DNA from: a virus
UHGV virus genome: UHGV-0348957
Direction: 5' to 3' (one strand)
Length of the DNA: 38,303 nucleotides
Part shown: positions 18,717-26,811 of the stretch, piece after piece
Position numbering within the stretch: position 1 is the first letter of the stretch
Layout: the number at the start of each line of letters is the position of its first letter
Notes under the pieces: model-generated
Databases searched by the model: none
Seen by the model: the letters and a program-made list of their open reading frames with translations, nothing else
What the model was told of the DNA's origin: nothing
Position numbers and translations under genes: made by a program

Positions 18717-19046
18717 CTACGATTCTTCCATCTTCTTTCTTACCCATTTATCAATGTCTACCACTTCACCAGGTTTCAGGTGCAACGCAATCCACGCCCG
18801 GAGGATGGTGTTTTCCAGTTGCAGGGCTTCAAAACTTCCCGCCTGCACTCCTCGAATTACTCCCAGGGGTTGTTTCACCTCCCCCATCAGTTCTCCAATA
18901 CGTACTCGTGATTTGGCAGGGATAGAACGACGTGACGACATCCAGCCATAGACCGTGTGAATGCTGACTCCGCATTGTTCGGCCAACCAGTCACAGTCTT
19001 TTCCATTTTCCTTGAGCCATTTCTTGATGTCACTTTTTGAGTGCAT
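18717..19046 (-). CDS. HTH DNA-binding protein, paralog of the prophage repressor N-terminal domain (no S24 peptidase domain)
   Basis: SDIKKWLKENGKDCDWLAEQCGVSIHTVYGWMSSRRSIP aligns with repressor NDIKKWLKASRKSREWLAEQCGVNKRQVDNWLSAARPVP; about 70% nt identity over the first ~60 nt. Confidence 0.6.
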   Translation of the reverse strand: MHSKSDIKKWLKENGKDCDWLAEQCGVSIHTVYGWMSSRRSIPAKSRVRIGELMGEVKQPLGVIRGVQAGSFEALQLENTILRAWIALHLKPGEVVDIDKWVRKKMEES

Positions 19047-19099
19047 TCCCCAGAATTATCATACCGGAAAAGGGAAAACAAGAGGTGATGCATTCAACA

Positions 19100-19132
19100 A
19101 AAAAAGGAGCTGCCCCGATAGGGGCAACTCCT
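19100..19132 (-). terminator. Rho-independent terminator downstream of hicA (- strand)
   Basis: ggagttgcccc-tatc-ggggcagctcc stem (11 bp, one G-U) followed by TTTTTTT on the - strand. Confidence 0.5.
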
Positions 19133-19150
19133 GAATGGAGTCAGGTGCTG

Positions 19151-19357
19151 TTAATCTTCCCAAGTTCCACCTGCAGCTTCAATAGCATCCCGTACCTGAG
19201 CTATAAGATAGTGGGGGGCATTGTTATTATCGTGGCCCGGGATAGTCACCGTCTGGCCATGAGGATGATCGTATACACGATGGGAACCCCGTCCTTGTCC
19301 TTGCTGCAGAATGAATCCGGCATTTCGTAAGCGTCTAATCAGATCTCGTATTCGCAT
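19151..19357 (-). CDS. hicA: HicA-family mRNA interferase toxin (YcfA-like)
   Basis: 68 aa; LIRRLRNAGFILQQGQGRGSHRVYDHPHGQTVTIPGH...IEAAG matches the HicA consensus (GSH, vtvP.H, C-terminal ...agl). ATG at 19357; the track ORF extends further on a TTG. Confidence 0.65.
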   Translation of the reverse strand: MRIRDLIRRLRNAGFILQQGQGRGSHRVYDHPHGQTVTIPGHDNNNAPHYLIAQVRDAIEAAGGTWED

Positions 19358-19665
19358 AAGTGATGTTGAAGATACGAGAAGAGGGGAGAGTTTCAATGGA
19401 CGCTGTCCGAATGGAAGAATCAGGCTTTTCAATAGCTGAGGATTACATGAAGCTGATGGTCTGGATAAGACGAGTGTTCGGTTCTGCGGGTGGGTTCGTC
19501 AAGTGGAATGACGAGCAAGACAGTTCAAGCTATTGGACAGTACATGACGCTAGGGGCTGCGCTGATGAATTCGGTGAAGACGTTGGCGGATGTGGTGAGG
19601 TGAGAACAAAAAGCCCCCCTCCAAGGTGTTGGAGCATCTTAGAGGGGATTACTGACAAGGTTTTT

Positions 19666-19878
19666 CTATTGTTCCTTTTTTGTTTGGGTTTTTTTTACTA
19701 TATTTCTTTTAGAATCTACTTTTTTTTCATTCAAAGTACTTTTCCTTAACAAGTCCAAAGCCCTTCTTCTTGTTTCCTGATCATCCTTAACTGTATGAGT
19801 AGAACTATGAATGATAATGTTTCTATTTCTCTCAGGTTCTTTATGAGATTCTTTTTTGTCTTGTTGTAAAAAAATCAT
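19666..19878 (-). CDS. Small basic Lys-rich protein (70 aa) immediately downstream of the protease gene
   Basis: Starts 4 nt after the protease stop, suggesting a coupled operon; low complexity, so this could be spurious. Confidence 0.3.
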   Translation of the reverse strand: MIFLQQDKKESHKEPERNRNIIIHSSTHTVKDDQETRRRALDLLRKSTLNEKKVDSKRNIVKKTQTKKEQ

Positions 19879-19882
19879 AATA

Positions 19883-20767
19883 CTAATTCTTTATTTTTGA
19901 TTCATCTTTGACTTTAATATTATCATCATTTGCGTAAAAAATAATAGCATCTTGTGACAATGTCTGCGGATTTAAGGCCCTTGCGTTAAGATTATTTTTG
20001 AATTCCATTTCATCCTCCGTCAATTCTCGAATAATATTAAATATTGTTTTGGCTTCTTGCCTATCAATCACAAAAGAATGATCTGGATAATCAACAGTCA
20101 AATGACGCAACAAGCCGGGCCTAAGGTTCTTTGTTATATCATTAAGTCTATTTCCGTAATGCTCCGCTACTTGAAGGAAGCGACTATTTTCTCCTATCCT
20201 TAGAGGATCTATTTGAGCATACAAAGGAGCCATTAAACCTGTGGTCATATCAATGGCGACTTGTGCCGCTTTACCGAATGATATTTTTCCAGCTTTTTTC
20301 ACTTCGTCAGCCATTTTCTTATATAGAGAAATGGCTTGCCTCTCTAAACATTTAAATGTTTCTTCTATTACGAGCCCTGAATCTCTAGAAATAAAATCAT
20401 CGCTACGTAAAATTTGTACATCAAGAGGGCCTAGTTCCCCTAAATCATCCATAGCCACTTCATGCGCACCAATTGCGCACAAAGTTCCAGCACTTTTACA
20501 ATCGTTCCATATTATGATAGAAATATGTTTGTACGTTTCTTGCAGCAAACGAGAAATTTTATATGCAGCATCTAAGGAACCTCCATATGTGGTTAAAACA
20601 TATCTTAATTTTTCATGTTTATTTTTTCTAGAACGAATTAATTGCCTTAGTTCATGGTAAGTTGACCAATTAATAGGTGCATTGATAAATAAAAAATCAC
20701 AATCATTTTCATCAGATATTTTATTTGCGATGGAAATAAGTGGATTCTGGTTTGTTTTACCGTTCAT
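19883..20767 (-). CDS. SDH-family (ClpP/S49-like) serine protease
   Basis: 294 aa; YVLTTYGGSLDAAYKI...ISIIIWNDCKSAGTLCAIGAHEVAMDDLGELGPLDVQ matches the SDH_sah / ClpP-fold pattern (hTpGG..A..I ... SgGTLIAlaadeivMd..A.lGPvDpq). Confidence 0.65.
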   Translation of the reverse strand: MNGKTNQNPLISIANKISDENDCDFLFINAPINWSTYHELRQLIRSRKNKHEKLRYVLTTYGGSLDAAYKISRLLQETYKHISIIIWNDCKSAGTLCAIGAHEVAMDDLGELGPLDVQILRSDDFISRDSGLVIEETFKCLERQAISLYKKMADEVKKAGKISFGKAAQVAIDMTTGLMAPLYAQIDPLRIGENSRFLQVAEHYGNRLNDITKNLRPGLLRHLTVDYPDHSFVIDRQEAKTIFNIIRELTEDEMEFKNNLNARALNPQTLSQDAIIFYANDDNIKVKDESKIKN

Positions 20768-21190
20768 ATGGTTGAAAACTCATTCTACTACTATACTTTC
20801 AGAAAAGACAACACAAGAGGCACACTTGTTAGATTCATTTTTTGTCTGCTCCAGCACGATATACACGGTTATTACCGTATTACAAGCGCTTTTCTTCGAG
20901 GTTTGTTCTGGAGTGTGAATATTCTGTTGTGGTGTTGGAATTGTTCTACTCAGTTCTGTAGTTGGAGTCATCACGTCTAATATGTTATGGATTTCTACTC
21001 CGATCTTGTTTGACCTTTCCACCTAGTCTATTCTCACCCTCATGGAGACTTACCTCTTTCTCTCCCTGTTCTTCCTGATTCTTTGCGTCGTGTTCGTCTG
21101 ACTGTCCGTCAGGAGAATGCGAGCTGGCAAGCCTCCTCGTGTATGTTTGTGGCTACCCGGTCTTTCGATGCCTCAAGAATGACGAGCGGC

Positions 21191-21225
21191 AACAAAAAAC
21201 CGCCCGCGTTTCCCAACGTGGACGG
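21191..21225 (-). terminator. Rho-independent terminator candidate downstream of the repressor gene (- strand)
   Basis: CCGUCCACG-loop-CGCGGGCGG imperfect stem followed by UUUUUU on the - strand. Confidence 0.4.
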
Positions 21226-21276
21226 CTAACGGAAAATAAAAAAGAGGATTTACCTATAACATATTTCCCCGGAGCG

Positions 21277-22095
21277 TCAAGCTTTCTCCCACCTGTCCAG
21301 GGTTTCTACGTATAGAGCGGAGATTTTGCCGCCGTCCATTGGTTCGATGTCTCCGAAGGCAGGGTTGATGGGATGGAGGGTGTATTCCATTTTGCCGGTT
21401 TCCGGGTTTTTCCTGCGGACCAGTTTTTTGAGCGTCACGCCGCGTTCATCATGGTATTGAACAATGGTTCCGGGTTTGGGGATGGGGGGGATGGTGTATT
21501 TTTTCATGATGACTACGGAGCCGTCCGGAATGGAAGGTTCCATAGAGTGGCCGTTCACGCGCAGCAGGTATTCCCCTTTTTCCAGTTCACGGTATAGCCG
21601 GATGTCCTGCGGAATGGTGTCTCCATCCGCCAGGTTGCCGGCGGCAATGTTGCCGATGATTTGTCCCTGGGCTTCCAAGGGGGGGACTGTAAATGTTTCT
21701 ACCAAGGTAAATTTCTTACGGGCGGCTTCTTTTTCTTTGGCGGCGTTTTGAAGGGCTATGTCTGCAAACTCTTTGAGCGCGTTACGGAAGGCGCTGTTGA
21801 TAAACTCCATGAACGTTTGCTGGGTGGCGGTCATGGCTGCGCTTATTACCTCCCATTCCTCGTCCGTGAAATCAAGTTCTACCTGGGGAGAAATGGGAGA
21901 GGTTTTTTCCGCCATAAGACGCTGAATGATGAGGAGGGCTTTTGAGGGCACAGGACGAGCCGCGCTTAACCAGTTGTCAACTTGCCTTTTGTTAACACCG
22001 CACTGCTCTGCAAGCCATTCACGTGACTTCCTAGAGGCTTTGAGCCATTTTTTGATGTCGTTCTTACTTGGCGTCATGCGTTGATAATACAGCAT
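21277..22095 (-). CDS. Prophage repressor, CI/LexA-like (N-terminal HTH + C-terminal S24 peptidase domain)
   Basis: HTH: DIKKWLKASRKSREWLAEQCGVNKRQVDNWLS. S24-like: LLRVNGHSMEPSIPDGSVVIMKK...GVTLKKL (Ser in GHSME, Lys downstream). Alternative ATG at 22077. Confidence 0.8.
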   Translation of the reverse strand: MLYYQRMTPSKNDIKKWLKASRKSREWLAEQCGVNKRQVDNWLSAARPVPSKALLIIQRLMAEKTSPISPQVELDFTDEEWEVISAAMTATQQTFMEFINSAFRNALKEFADIALQNAAKEKEAARKKFTLVETFTVPPLEAQGQIIGNIAAGNLADGDTIPQDIRLYRELEKGEYLLRVNGHSMEPSIPDGSVVIMKKYTIPPIPKPGTIVQYHDERGVTLKKLVRRKNPETGKMEYTLHPINPAFGDIEPMDGGKISALYVETLDRWEKA

Positions 22096-22206
22096 TTTGG
22101 TGATATGTCAATATTCTCTTTGATAGGATATTCAGCAAATGCGGAAAATATTTCTTGAAAAATGTCAGCATATACGGAATATTGTATTCATCAAACGCAA
22201 TACGCC
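22096..22206. promoter_or_regulatory. Divergent promoter/operator region of the lysogeny switch
   Basis: Intergenic region between the - strand repressor and + strand Cro-like gene; TTGATA...CAGCA half-sites recur (22098, 22148, 22164); contains the TTGTATTCATC core 16 nt upstream of the 22207 ATG. Confidence 0.4.
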
Positions 22207-22401
22207 ATGTACTCAATCATCAAATTCAGCGAAATGGAGGACGGCATCAAGAACTGTCTGCTGGCCTATGCCGAGCAAGGAATACGTCCCAAAGAAGTAA
22301 TGAAGTCCCTTCTTATCCGAGAAGCTCAAAGGCTTGGGTTTGTACTGACCACGGCCCGCGATCTCCCCCGCTCGAAGAACCCCAGGAAGCCCGCGGCATG
22401 A
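22207..22401 (+). CDS. Ribbon-helix-helix (Arc/CopG-like) regulator, Cro-equivalent candidate
   Basis: MYSIIKFSEMEDGIKNCLLAYAEQGIRPKEVMKSLLIREAQRLGF gives the RHH beta-alpha-alpha pattern; divergent from the repressor. The track ORF starts at 22162, but that 5' extension overlaps the conserved motif. Confidence 0.45.
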   Translation: MYSIIKFSEMEDGIKNCLLAYAEQGIRPKEVMKSLLIREAQRLGFVLTTARDLPRSKNPRKPAA

Positions 22402-22934
22402 AAACAGAAGATTTAGTCGTCCGGATAGAGTTTCTTAATAGCAAACGGGGAGAGTCTAAAGATACGCCATGTATTGGGGTGAATGCGGATGGTACCAACA
22501 TCGACCAGGAATCCTTTGTTTACGAGACAGCGGACGCTTTTGTCCGCAGGGTCGAGTTCAAGCTCGGCGCTCTGGGATTGAACAAAGGAGAGAAGCCTTT
22601 TCTTCTCGTCTTTGGGGAGACTTTGGAAGATACGTTCGTTCCTTTTCTCTGCGGCACGGTTGGAAGAAAGCTGGAGAAGATTGCCGCCGAGCTTCCCCAT
22701 GATGCGCACCAGGATAATGGAAACACTAAGCAGGAAGATGATATATGCGACGTGGTTGTGCTGGTTTGTCCACTCGGAGATGCCAAGTGGTATCAGAAGT
22801 TTCTCTGGGGTGATGAGGTAAATCCCGCTGGCACAAGCAAGTACGCAGTCCGTGTGTTTGATGGCGAGCGTTTTAAGGAGCTCCGCGAGTGGGCCAAGCG
22901 TGGCGATTTCCATAGACGGGATTTTACCCGATAA
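22398..22934 (+). CDS. Hypothetical early protein (178 aa), ATGA-coupled to the RHH gene
   Basis: ATG at 22398 overlaps the RHH stop; the N-terminal 81 aa of track ORF 22155..22934 is rejected. Confidence 0.45.
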   Translation: MKTEDLVVRIEFLNSKRGESKDTPCIGVNADGTNIDQESFVYETADAFVRRVEFKLGALGLNKGEKPFLLVFGETLEDTFVPFLCGTVGRKLEKIAAELPHDAHQDNGNTKQEDDICDVVVLVCPLGDAKWYQKFLWGDEVNPAGTSKYAVRVFDGERFKELREWAKRGDFHRRDFTR

Positions 22935-22957
22935 CCCTAATTATTTCAAACCTAACA

Positions 22958-23224
22958 ATGATGATGAATACGAATACAGAATTACCGAGGAATGCTCGGA
23001 TGTTGACCAAGGAAGAAGCAGATGACTGGGACAAGAGCTGTTCCGCTTTCGGCCCCATTTTCCTCGAAGTAGATGGGGAAATACGCGAGTTTGAAAGAAT
23101 AAGTTCCTGTCCTTCCCCTGTTCTGGGGAAAGGTTTCCTGGTATTAGCTGTCTCTTGCCCCGAATGGGGGAAAGAGAAACTAGTGATTGTTGCCAGATGT
23201 AAAGAAGGAAAGGAGGTAGTTTGA
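22958..23224 (+). CDS. Hypothetical protein (88 aa)
   Basis: ORF with an ATG cluster at its start; no domain. Confidence 0.3.
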   Translation: MMMNTNTELPRNARMLTKEEADDWDKSCSAFGPIFLEVDGEIREFERISSCPSPVLGKGFLVLAVSCPEWGKEKLVIVARCKEGKEVV

Positions 23225-23374
23225 ATGAATGATGCGGAATCTAGAATTCGCGTTAGGGATGGTGAGAATATAGGTATAGGTTCCGTCGTCATTTTTATCA
23301 ATCATAGCAATGTAATCCACATTCACGATATGGGGACGACCAGAAGAATCTTCTATTGTGATGAATTTAGGCAT
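23180..23374 (-). CDS. Hypothetical small protein (64 aa) in an AT-rich patch, - strand
   Basis: Non-repetitive sequence of balanced composition (FITIEDSSGRPHIVNVDYIAMIDKNDDGTYTYILTIP); AT-rich context resembles the other accessory genes. Confidence 0.25.
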   Translation of the reverse strand: MPKFITIEDSSGRPHIVNVDYIAMIDKNDDGTYTYILTIPNANSRFRIIHSNYLLSFFTSGNNH

Positions 23375-23536
23375 AACGGAATAGTAGCCTGACAGCTTTC
23401 ATCTTCAAGAATAATGAGCCGGCATGCGCATGAATTTAGGCAATACGAGCACATTCAAAGCCAAGACGTTACATTGGCAGGCTCTCCACTTTTATTTAAG
23501 TAATAACAACCAATATTAATCACTAACAAATAATCA

Positions 23537-23686
23537 ATGATGAACTGGACTGAATTTATTGTTGTCACGATGCTCAACCTGGCAGGCTACTTGTCCGCGT
23601 TGATGCTTGGTATCAGCCTGGGAGAGAAACACATCATACGCCAGGTAAACAGAACCCTGGATCAGATGAGAAAGGAGCGGGCATGA
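23537..23686 (+). CDS. Small membrane protein (49 aa)
   Basis: MMNWTEFIVVTMLNLAGYLSALMLGISLGEKH... has one TM helix; below the track cutoff; its stop overlaps the next start (ATGA). Confidence 0.3.
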   Translation: MMNWTEFIVVTMLNLAGYLSALMLGISLGEKHIIRQVNRTLDQMRKERA

Positions 23687-23847
23687 TTGTCGAATACGAT
23701 AACGAGGATCGGTGCATCCGGGTGAATGGAGAATACGTCGCCATCCGGGAAGCGGAGGGCCTCATGGACGATTTGACGCTGGCGATTGACCAGTGGGAAG
23801 TGGATCACGCCTCACAGTGCGACAATCCCGACGGACATACCGACTGA
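23683..23847 (+). CDS. Small acidic protein (54 aa)
   Basis: MIVEYDNEDRCIRVNGEYVAIREAEGLMDDLTLAIDQWEVDHASQCDNPDGHTD; coupled to the preceding small ORF. Confidence 0.3.
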   Translation: MIVEYDNEDRCIRVNGEYVAIREAEGLMDDLTLAIDQWEVDHASQCDNPDGHTD

Positions 23848-24029
23848 ACCATGGAAGAAGCCCTGATCGAAGAATTGAAGCTGCTCGGCTGGCACGAGCT
23901 TTAACTAATCGCCCGGCCCAGGTGGGGCCTGAAACCAAAACACAAATCGAAACGGAAAAGAGTAATACGGTCTGGCAGGCGCGGGGCGGCGTAAAGTCCC
24001 GTCCGGGCGGCCATTTTAATTAACCGAAT

Positions 24030-24449
24030 ATGAGCACGAATGAAAAAACGTTGAAGAGTCTGGCGGATGCCCTGGAAACCATAGCCAGGGTTCTTAAGGA
24101 GGCTGCTTCTTCTCCTGTTCCTTCCTCCCCAGAGGCGGCGAGCGTGGGATTATTGCCTGATTCCGACGAGGCGCAGGCGATTACCGCCTTCCGCGGCAAG
24201 GTAGTTGTCACTCTGGATGACGTGAGGTTCATGACGGGCTGGGGAAGAGAGCGTATTCTTGCCCTTGTCCAGGACGGCAGCATTCAGGCATTGCCCGGAA
24301 CAGGAAGCGCCGGATGCCCCTATGAGTTCCCTGCCCTGTCTGTATGGCGCTATATCCACCAGCAGGATCATGCGCAGAAGCCTCAAGTGAATGGAGTGGA
24401 TATGAATATTCTTCCCCCGCGCAGAAGACGAAAGGGGGCTGCGGCATGA
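24030..24449 (+). CDS. DNA-binding protein with excisionase/MerR-like HTH
   Basis: KVVVTLDDVRFMTGWGRERILALVQDGSIQAL gives the HTH pattern of Xis/AlpA/MerR-type proteins. Confidence 0.4.
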   Translation: MSTNEKTLKSLADALETIARVLKEAASSPVPSSPEAASVGLLPDSDEAQAITAFRGKVVVTLDDVRFMTGWGRERILALVQDGSIQALPGTGSAGCPYEFPALSVWRYIHQQDHAQKPQVNGVDMNILPPRRRRKGAAA

Positions 24450-24652
24450 AGAGTTTTTTCAAATTTCTGGGAGCCTGCTCCTTTGGTTTTTCCGCTGTAA
24501 GTCTGTTCTGGCTGGCGGTGGAGCTGGATAACGCCGAGCTGCAGGCCGGCAAGAGTCCGCATTCCGGGTTTTGCCCGGAGTCTCCCTCCCCCATGAAAGC
24601 TTTTGACGGTTTGGAAAAACCGTCCCGCCCTCACGGTATGAGGAAACAATGA
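24446..24652 (+). CDS. Small membrane protein (68 aa), ATGA-coupled
   Basis: MKSFFKFLGACSFGFSAVSLFWLAVEL TM segment. Confidence 0.35.
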   Translation: MKSFFKFLGACSFGFSAVSLFWLAVELDNAELQAGKSPHSGFCPESPSPMKAFDGLEKPSRPHGMRKQ

Positions 24653-24721
24653 GTTGGCCGGGGACGGCGGCAACCGAACCCCGACCTGTTATCAATAGCT
24701 AACCAATAGAATACTAATAAC

Positions 24722-25612
24722 GTGAATACCACTACAACAGAATCCCTGACTTTACAAGAGCAAGGACAGCAACTGTCCGTTCTGGGAGCGTTTGCTAATA
24801 GTGAACAGTTCCAGATGGCGAAGCAGGCCGCCGAAATGCTTGCCTCCTCCAGCATGGTGCCTGTTACCTACCAGAATAACCCCGGATCTTGCTTCATCGC
24901 CCTGAATACTGCCCTGCGGCTACGGATGGACCCTTTGATGATCATGCAGAATCTTTACGTGGTTCAGAATCGCCCGTCCTGGTCCGGACAGTTTGCTATT
25001 GCTCTTGTGAATATCTGCCCGAAGTTCTCGGCGACTTGGTTCGAGTACCGTAATGAGGAGGATTTTCAGAAGGGTGTGAGAATGTGTGCCCAGCTGAAAA
25101 CGGGACAGAATGTTTACGGAACCTGGATTACCCCGGAGATGGTGAAGGCCGAAGGATGGGGGAAGAAGTGGCAGACGATGCCAGAACAGATGTACAAGTA
25201 CCGTGCCGCGGCTTTTTTCGCCCGGACGAATTGCCCGGAAGCGTTGCTGGGATTGAGCGTGGAGGGAGAGGCGGAAGATATTGCCGACAAGAGCCAGCCG
25301 GATATTAAGCCGCCCCTGTTCAAGTCCAGGGCTTCCATGGGGGACGTTGTGGATGCCGAGAAGGTTGCTGACTCCCCGCGTCTCCCAGTTGCCGCGGAGG
25401 TCCCCGGCAAAAGCGACGCGGAGATTCCGCCTCCTCATATCCGGTTGATGGAAGCCATGTCTTGCACGGAAGAGGAGTTGAATGCCGTGTTTAAGAAGGC
25501 GTCCGGCGGCAAGGTGGATAGCTGGAAGAAGCTCACTACCGCAAAGCTGGAAGATTGCCTGGGGAACCTGGGAGAGATGCAGGCTGTGCTGGCTGAAATT
25601 CAAGCGCAATAG
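24722..25612 (+). CDS. recT: RecT-family single-strand annealing protein
   Basis: SCFIALNTALRLRMDPLM...LYVV...SGQ and KKWQTMPEQMYKYRAAAFFAR match RecT conserved blocks (SFVSAIVQCSQLGLEP... / GPWVTHWEEMAKKTAIRRLFK). Confidence 0.6.
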   Translation: MNTTTTESLTLQEQGQQLSVLGAFANSEQFQMAKQAAEMLASSSMVPVTYQNNPGSCFIALNTALRLRMDPLMIMQNLYVVQNRPSWSGQFAIALVNICPKFSATWFEYRNEEDFQKGVRMCAQLKTGQNVYGTWITPEMVKAEGWGKKWQTMPEQMYKYRAAAFFARTNCPEALLGLSVEGEAEDIADKSQPDIKPPLFKSRASMGDVVDAEKVADSPRLPVAAEVPGKSDAEIPPPHIRLMEAMSCTEEELNAVFKKASGGKVDSWKKLTTAKLEDCLGNLGEMQAVLAEIQAQ

Positions 25613-25629
25613 GAAGGAGAAGCAGATAC

Positions 25630-26811
25630 ATGGATACGTTATCGACTTATGATCCCCGCCAGGGGCTGCCCTCCGCCTCCGCATTTGGCCGGCTGGCGCT
25701 GTGTCCCGGCTCTTTTACCTTAGAGCAGTCTTGCCCGGATGAAATTTCCGCCGCGGCGAACGAAGGAACCTTGCTGCACGCCTATATGGAACAGTTGCTG
25801 ACCGGGGAACCCTGGGAAGGCGCCCCCTTGACTGCGGAACAGGTGGAACTTTGCGAACGCGCCCTGCGTATGTTGGACGGGGTGAAAGAGATGATTGAGA
25901 GAGATCATCCCGGCGCCGTGTTTTATCTGATCTCCACGGAACAAAGAGTGTTTTACCGCAACCTGTTCGGGACTGCGTACTATTCCGGACAGTGGGACGC
26001 CTTGTTTGAAGTGAATTGCCCCGATGCCAGCTTCATGCTGGTGGCGGACTGGAAATTTGGCCGTGTGGAGGTGGATTCCGCCGAGGCCAATCGCCAGCTT
26101 GAGGCCCTTGTCCCTTTGGTGGCCCAAAAGGAGCAGAATGACAACGTCATTCATCAAGGCATTTACGCCGCTGTTATCCAGCCGCGGGTAGCCGGTCCCG
26201 CATCCGTGGCATTTTATGATGCCGAGGCGATTGACCAGGCCGAACAACGTTCTCTCGCCGTCGCCAAGGCGGCTATGGCCCCGGACGCCCCGCGCTATTG
26301 CAGCGAGGAAGCTTGCCGGTATTGCCGGGCCAAGGCTGTGTGCCATGAGGCAGCGGCCCTGGTGGAGCAGGCGTCTTTGATTACTACGGAGAGGGATAAG
26401 TGGGAGTTGTTTTCCCCTGCCGAGAAGGTGAAGGCTTACCGCCTGGCGAAGACGGCAAAGAAATGGGCGGCGGCTGTGGATTACCGGTTTGAACAGGATG
26501 TGGCCGCCGGCCTGATTCCCGGTTTTGAGATGGCGCCCGGACGCACCAGTTTCACGGTAACGGATCCTTCCGGGGCGTTTTCCGCGTTGAATGCCGTGTT
26601 CCCGGACGAGGTGACGGCGGAAGCGTTTGCCGGATGCTGCAAAGTCGGCATCACGGAACTGGACAGACTGGTGCACGCGGTCCGTAAAGCGGCGGATCCG
26701 AAGGCGACCACGAAGGCCAGCCGCGAATGGCTGCGGCAGTTGCTGGCGAAGTACGGCGAATCGAAAACCACGAAGGGTTCCGTGAAGGAAGTGGAAGGAG
26801 GTGCGGCATGA
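25630..26811 (+). CDS. PD-(D/E)XK exonuclease, Cas4/RecB-like, with C-terminal Cys cluster
   Basis: GQWDALFEVN...MLVADWKFGRVE gives a D...D/E-x-K pattern; C-x4-C-x2-C-x5-C (CSEEACRYCRAKAVC) resembles Cas4 Fe-S clusters; partner of RecT. Confidence 0.55.
   Translation: MDTLSTYDPRQGLPSASAFGRLALCPGSFTLEQSCPDEISAAANEGTLLHAYMEQLLTGEPWEGAPLTAEQVELCERALRMLDGVKEMIERDHPGAVFYLISTEQRVFYRNLFGTAYYSGQWDALFEVNCPDASFMLVADWKFGRVEVDSAEANRQLEALVPLVAQKEQNDNVIHQGIYAAVIQPRVAGPASVAFYDAEAIDQAEQRSLAVAKAAMAPDAPRYCSEEACRYCRAKAVCHEAAALVEQASLITTERDKWELFSPAEKVKAYRLAKTAKKWAAAVDYRFEQDVAAGLIPGFEMAPGRTSFTVTDPSGAFSALNAVFPDEVTAEAFAGCCKVGITELDRLVHAVRKAADPKATTKASREWLRQLLAKYGESKTTKGSVKEVEGGAA

Larger units (their letters stand above)
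16966..20770. other. AT-rich accessory island 1 inside the prophage (genes antisense to the phage core)
   Basis: Abrupt drop in GC (visibly AT-rich vs GC-rich flanks, by eye) and switch to - strand genes, except for a GC-rich patch at 19380-19620. Confidence 0.7.

Noticed and set aside
19883-20767. SDH protease as this phage's prohead protease
   Set aside because: Wrong strand, low-GC island, and far from the portal and scaffold genes; it is treated as accessory cargo instead.
20780-21022. 80-aa - strand ORF and + strand ORFs 20682..20980 in the protease-repressor intergenic region
   Set aside because: They overlap the protease start or promoter region; no support beyond length.
22162-22206. 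Upstream start for the RHH gene
   Set aside because: The extension would encode the conserved TTGTATTCATC motif; the RHH beta-strand begins right at the 22207 Met.
22155-22397. 5' 243 nt of track ORF 22155..22934
   Set aside because: This segment overlaps the RHH gene in another frame; the ATGA overlap at 22398 gives a cleaner start for the downstream gene.
23793-24023. 76-aa Arg-rich + strand ORF
   Set aside because: No start context; overlaps a better small ORF (23683..23847) in another frame; the composition looks artefactual.
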